DNA of 64,000 bases from Macrostomum hystrix (Eukaryota > Animalia > Platyhelminthes): contig CATNEN010000001.1 of assembly GCA_950097015.1 (NCBI GenBank), positions 8,432,001-8,496,000 of the forward strand. The letters are read 5' to 3'. Every line of letters begins with the position of its first letter. Within the stretch, counting starts at the first letter, position 1. A program made the translations under genes and the position numbers. This document shows positions 58,401 to 64,000 of this stretch, in pieces. The notes beneath the pieces are model-generated. The model did not search any database, had not been told where the DNA came from, and was given only the letters and a program-made list of their open reading frames with translations.

Positions 58401-61400
58401 GTTCTCACTTTCATTAGCGGCATCAACGCCTGTGGTGTAGATCAAGTTTCTCCAGCCGGCGCCGCAGTAGCTGGTCTTGTCGCCGGTGCACTGCATTCGG
58501 CACTCCAGGCGGGACCTGATGCCGTGTCTGCCGTAGTGATTGCCGCACCAGCACTCGTTGGAGTTCTGAACGCCGAAGAATCTGTAGTTCTTATTCCGAC
58601 ACAGCTGGTAGCACTTGAATGCACTCATAGAACCGCTGCCAGCCAGCACTGGAAGGTCTCTGGCACCGCTGTCGATGAAGCAGCCGAGCAGTCTCATGCC
58701 GGGAGCTGAAATTATTCAGATAAAAATTCTTGTTGAGTATCTAAAGCGTGCTTATTAACGTCAATAGGTTCCCTATCGACTCACTAGAAACTGCCGGGAC
58801 AGCCAATCCAGTTGTGTAGACGGCGTTCCTCCAGGGTCCACCACAGTAGGTGCTCTTCTCGCCCTGGCACTGCGATCTGCATTGGTTTTCGCTGGCCCGT
58901 CCGAAGGCTCCATAAGAATTGCCGCAAGTGCAATGGTCGCCATTCTGCACACCGAAGAACAGGTAGCCACGTGATTTGCAGAAGTTAAAGCAGAAGCTGC
59001 GAGCTGTGTTGACGGTGTCTCTGTGCAACACTGGGAGGTCTCGATTGCCGTTATCGACGTAACAGCCAAGGTACTTCACATTGGCAGCTAAAATTTGAGT
59101 GACAGAAAGATTTACAGATAGAGTACTCGCATATTTGGTCGCACAAGTTACGGAAAATTTACGAAGTGAATTTTCTCACCAGGTGGCCAAGATCTAGCAG
59201 CAACATAGTGACCAAACACCTGCACCTCGCACAGGGTCAGCACATCGTTCTTTCTCGTCTCAATTCGCACGGTGCTTCCGATAAGGTTGCAGACGAATGT
59301 TCTCACAGAGAAGGCCGCTGTGGACTCGTACAGGACGCACTCCTGGCCGTCGACCTTCACCACGAAGTTGTTGAGTCGACCGGCGCAGCAGTCCTGCCTA
59401 TTGTGGATGGTGATCTCGGTGATTCTAGCCAGTCGGTCAGTCTTGGCCTGCCACCAGGCACCCTTAGCAGCGGAGGTGTGAGTGCAGGAGTGCTTGAAGA
59501 AGTCCTGATTGGTGTTACCGTCGATGGCTCGCTGGCAGGGAGCGCTCCAGGTGGTTGAGTGCTGCGAGCAGCTCGTCAGTGGCAGCTTGACTGGAAATAA
59601 AAAACGGATTTTTATTCCATAAAATAATAAATCGAACAGACTGCTCAGTCAGACAAATGCTGGCACCTGTTTTACACTGGGTGGACAGAACCGCTAGAAA
59701 ACTAAGCGTTTTGCTAGTAATGACAAAGGACACTATTTATTTTCTTTTGGTCGAGATTTTGGCTAAAGACCAAACCACTGATCGATGGGGCCAAGAAATT
59801 CTCACCTCTGTTATTAAGTCCAAGGCCAGTGGCGTAGACATTATTTCTCCAGCCGGCACCGCAGTTCTGCTTGTTGTCACCGGTGCACTTTGCGCTGCAC
59901 TCGGAAGCCCGTCTGCCACCGTGCTTGCCGTAGCTGTTGCCGCACCAGCACTCGTTGGCGTTCTGCAGGCCAAAATAGGCTGCGTTTCTTTGCCGACAGG
60001 ACTGGTAGCACTTCTCGATGGTCATAGAGCCGGTGCCAGCGAGGGTAGGCAGGTCGCGGTTGGCGCTGTCGAGGAAACAACCGATGTCGCGTAGGCCAGG
60101 CACTGAAGAAAATTGTTCGAAGGATGGCATCAAAGCTTTTATTGGGGTAAATTTCTAGCACAATTGTAGATGCTGTCGTTTGATACAAGTTAAACCCTAA
60201 TTACGAAGCAATTTAACTCACTGATGTCAGTGATGCTCAAACCAGTGCTGAAAATACTGTTTCTCCAAGGCGCGCCGCAGAATGTGGTGCCATCGCCGCG
60301 GCATCTGAGGTTGCACTCGGATGTAGGCTTCAGGCCGTGTCTTCCGTAGGTGTTGCCGCACCAGCATTCGTCGGAGTTCTGCACGCCGAAGAACATGTAG
60401 CTCTTGGCTCGGCACAGCTGGTAGCATCTGGGCACTCGCATCGAGTTGCTTCGCTCAGCAAGAACTGGTAGGTCGCGAGCGCCGCTGTCAACATAGCAAC
60501 CAATTGGTCGCATTCCAGGGGCTGAAAAATATAATAGAATAATAATTAGGCGTTTTTTTCTTGAAGTCCACTCGAAAAGACGGCTAGAAGCGAATCATGG
60601 AAAGAAGCCTACTAGGCATGGCTGGCGGGTTGACGCCGGTCGTGTAGACATTGTTTCTCCAGCCGGCTCCGCAGTAGGTTGATCTATCTCCGCTGCATCG
60701 CGTCTGACATTCCGAAATTTGTCTGACACCGAATCGGCCGTAGCTGTTGCCACACCAGCACTCGTTGCCGTTCTGGGCACCGAAGTACATGTAGTTCTGG
60801 CCACGGCACAGTCTGTAACACTTTGGCACGGACATGGAGCCAGTTCCTGCCAGCTTGGGCAGGTCGCGACTGCCATTGTCAACGAAGCAACCAACTTGTC
60901 TCAGACCTGGCACTGGAAGTCAGATATTTATGGTTTGAGTATCATCGTTTTCGAAAAACTGCGCAGGTTACAAAAAATAATATCGTAGAGCTCGTATTTG
61001 CCGATGGGCTGTTGGCACTGGCAAATCCTTTGGTAACACTAGACCCGCAGCCAGCGGCGAGGCAGTTCTGCCCATTTGGCTGACTACTGAGCATACACGC
61101 ACACGGATGCCGTACAAAGGCACACGCTCACACAGGTCAGCTGTGTACACTCTCACTGTACCTTGGAGGTTGGCACTCAAGGGCGTGACTCTAACTCGTC
61201 ACGCCACTCGTCACGCTAACCGCTCTGCCACTCACTCCCTCAGGTCACATCGCTAAAGTGCACGATTGTCAGCTTACTTGGCGGTGAAGTATTCAATCCG
61301 GTGCTGTACACATTGTTTCTCCAGGCTCCGCCGCAGAAGGTGGCTCTATTACCGTCGCAAGCAGAGCGGCACTCCGAGGTTGGCCTAGAACCGTATCGAC

Positions 61401-64000
61401 CGTAGCTGTTGCCGCACCAACACTCGTTAGCGTGCTGGACTCCAAAATAGGCGAAGTTCTTGCGTCTGCACAGGCGATAGCACCTGGTGATGGTCATGGA
61501 ACCGGATCCGGCCAGCTCAGGCAGGTCGCGCACTCCGTTGTCAAGGTAGCAGCCGATGAGACGTAGGCCCGGGGCTGCAAGTGTTCAAGTATCACGGGAC
61601 TGTTCAGCTCTGGTTCAAACCGATTTTCTACCGTAGCTATTACCGGTACACTCTAATGATTTCAGTTTCTTGCTCAAGGACCATCTGGTCAGAAGTTCAA
61701 AGCTCTTTAGAACCGCAGAGACACAGAGCTCTATACAAGTTTCTCACATGCTCCACAGTTAAGCAGTGGACAATACTGAAAGCAATCTTTCCCACTACAA
61801 TTATTTCTAAAGATACGCTGCTTACTTGGAATGACAGGCGCTTTTAGTCCAGTGGAGTAGACGCCGTTTCTCCAACCTGCGCCGCAGAATTTCGAATTGT
61901 CGCCAGAGCAGCGCATGTTGCACTCGCCAGCGGGCCGAACACCGTACAGCCCGTAGCTGTTACCGCACCAGCACTCGTTGCTGTTCTGGACGCCGAAGAA
62001 TGCGTAGTGTCTGCCGCGGCAGGCACGGTAGCACTTGGCCAGGCTCATGGCTCCGGTGCTGGCTAGAACCGGCAGGTCGCGGCTGCCGTTGTCAACGTAG
62101 CATCCGATGAAACGCAGGCCAGGGGCTAGGCAGAGAATTAAGATGAGTTATGACACTGGAGTTAAACTCGATCTGTTTAGCAGAAGACGTCTCGAAATAA
62201 GAATAATTTCAGGAAAATTCACTTGGATCAACTGGTCTGGGCAGTCCAGTGGAGAAGACGATGTTTCTCCAGCCAGCGCCGCAGAAGGCGGAGCTGTCAC
62301 CGCTGCATCGCATGTTGCACTCGCTGTTGGCCCTGGCACCATAGCGACCGTAGCTATTTCCGCACCAGCACTCGTTGCTGTACTGCAGACCAAAGTAGGC
62401 ATAGCGGCGGCGCCTGCACTCGCGATAGCACTTGTAGACACTCATGGATCCGCTGGAGCCCAGTACTGGAAGGTCTCGACTTGCTGAGTCGACAAAGCAG
62501 CCGATTCTGCGAAGACCAGGAGCTGGAAGAGAAGCAAGTACCCCCCGATTTTAACGGTAGAACTACCAAGAGGAGTAATTCCCTCCTGACAATGACAGTT
62601 TTTGTGCTGCACCCGAACGGAACGGAATAATGCAGGCACACGAAAGTCATGAACACCGGCCAACTTTTCTTTGCGCATCTTCTGAAACAATAATCAAGTA
62701 GCCAGCTCTTCAGACCGCTGAGTTATTCAATGCTTCTGGCCGAAAGTCAGATTTTTTCAATAAGCGCTAGTGTATTTTATCCACCCCTAAACACGAAATC
62801 GAGCTACACCTCAGTGCGGACTTGCGGGGTTTTGAGAATTTACCAACATGTCACCCGAATGTGCCAGAATCATCTCCGTCTTCGGTGGTCAACGATCTAG
62901 ACGGACTGCTGAACCTTTAAGGGCTACAACAGGTGGAACCTATGGACACCTAGGAACCTATGAACCTATGCAACTATGGATACCATTAACATTAATTTCT
63001 CCAATTTCCTTGATCAAGCCTAAATATTTGGCGCAGCTCAACCACAGGACACCCTCGCCAAGTCTGGCAACCAATCAGTCACAACCCTACGCTGTTAGCA
63101 TTCGGGCGCTGTCAAAAAAGTTTCAGGGGGGATTTCCACTCAAAAACTTGATATAAAAACGGGCGGCAAAATAGCTTGGTAGTCCTACGAGTACTATTAA
63201 GCAAGATTCTGTTAAAAACATGAAACTACGAGTAGAAATTAAGCTAACTTTCCATCGACTTCGATACTATAACATTCTCAGACAAAACTGATGCCCACTT
63301 ACTGAGCCTCTCAGCCACACAGATTCGTCGGTTGATTGTTCGGCATCCACAGTCTAAAAACAGAACGAAACATTGAAAATTAATAAAATACGAGTATTGA
63401 GTTCATCAGGTGTTTAAGTTACATATATTGATTAGAATACTTACGTCCTCGCAGAGTATTGTCCAGTGCGTGAGAGTTGGCTGGGAAAGCACTAAAACTC
63501 ATCTTGCCATTAACGGCTCGCTTCACGAACTCCATCAGCTGTTTATAAATGGTTGCAAGCAAAGTTTAATAAAATACGTTTAGCGAGAACTAATCGGCTA
63601 ATCGAAATAACTCAAGAACACACTAAGATCAAGGCTCGGCCCACCTTGTTAAATATTGACGAAGCCAGACGGCTAACTTGTCCATTTGAGTCCCTGGCGA
63701 GCTGGTCAAACTGCTTTGTGCCAACGCCGCACATGTTGCCACTGCCTACGAAGAACAAACGGATATGCTTTGCGTGCAGCTTAGAGGCCACTACGCTACG
63801 CAGGTGTGCGTCCTTCGCAGATGCGTCAGTAAAAAGCATCATGACGGAATTAGGATCTGCAACATCAGCAGCGTCGCGAGCTCCTGACATGGCGAACTCG
63901 GGACAGTCGCCACCGCCGCTGGCGACAAGACGGTCGAGGAATCGCCTGACCTCGGCAGCGTTGGTGGTCTTAAGCACATTTCTAACGTAGGGATCACCGA
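46440..64000 (-). CDS. Gene B: paralog of gene A, 5'-incomplete (vWA-WSC6-FTP-WSC20-vWA-WSC visible)
   Basis: Exons >64000-63645, 63538-63445, 63353-63303, 62522-62223, 62125-61826, 61574-61278, 60912-60613, 60521-60222, 60102-59806, 59590-59180 (FTP), 59087-58785, 58705-58409, 58141-57839, 57742-57446, 56924-56628, 56297-56001, 55446-55144, 55070-54777, 54708-54409, 54057-53761, 53595-53290, 52729-52436, 52346-52053, 51969-51673, 51482-51177, 51081-50788, 50700-50401, 50024-49734, 49641-49339, 49223-48924, 48779-48220 (vWA), 47552-47459, 47348-47298, 46711-46440. Exon lengths match gene A in the colinear parts. Confidence 0.88.
46914..47150 (+). mobile_element. SINE family 1, partial
   Basis: GCTCGATTCCGCAGCGAGGCC...CCTCCTGCAA. 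Confidence 0.8.
47955..48081. repeat. 127-bp imperfect palindrome (hairpin-type non-autonomous element)
   Basis: Arms GTTTAATTCA/TGAATTAAAC, TGGTTAGAAT/ATTCTAACCA, GGCTGC/GCAGCC, AATGGTC/GACCATT; loop CTCGCTGCGCTCG. Confidence 0.8.
55590..55845 (+). mobile_element. SINE family 1 copy
   Basis: Colinear with the consensus; ends GCCTCCTCGCTGGCTG. Confidence 0.8.
56966..57277 (+). mobile_element. SINE family 1, near full-length
   Basis: GTAGTGGCACAGCGTT...GCTCGATTCCGC...CACAGCTATCC. Confidence 0.85.
59180..59590 (-). other. Gene B F-type lectin exon
   Basis: AIDGN...SCTHT...IHNRQDCCAGRL...LTLCEVQVFG. Confidence 0.9.
61005..61237 (-). mobile_element. SINE family 1, partial
   Basis: ACACTAGACCCGCAGCCAGCGGCGAGGC...CCTTGGAGGTTGGC. 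Confidence 0.8.
62545..63178. mobile_element. MITE-like repeat, same family as 12460-12992
   Basis: Ends match the septin-intron element in reverse orientation. Confidence 0.55.

Noticed and set aside
21045-63990. Numerous antisense and alternative-frame ORFs over WSC/vWA exons
   Set aside because: Shadow ORFs caused by GC-rich codon usage of the real exons

Overview
Eukaryotic (invertebrate metazoan; composition, polyQ tracts and TE style are reminiscent of the flatworm Macrostomum, which is an inference) genomic DNA with spliceosomal introns. Left part: the Nup96 moiety of Nup98-96 (5 exons, +) and a divergent septin-like gene with degenerate GTPase motifs (-). From 15.7 kb to the window end is a cluster of secreted mosaic lectin genes built from one-domain-per-exon, phase-1 symmetric modules. 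Gene A (-, 32500-15764, 30 exons, ~2923 aa) is signal peptide + 19 WSC + 4 F-type lectin + 2 hemicentin-type vWA domains. Gene B (-, >64000-46440) is its paralog, with 27 WSC + 1 F-lectin + 2 vWA visible. Gene C (+, 39475-42527, ~437 aa) is a young inverted partial duplicate of gene B with its own signal-peptide exon and 4 WSC domains. Between A and C lie a decayed BEL/Pao gag fragment and an integrase-deleted Gypsy LTR element. Introns carry two tRNA-derived SINE families, MITE-like repeats, solo LTRs and many minisatellites. Exon coordinates were derived by hand from splice sites and frame continuity, without expression data.
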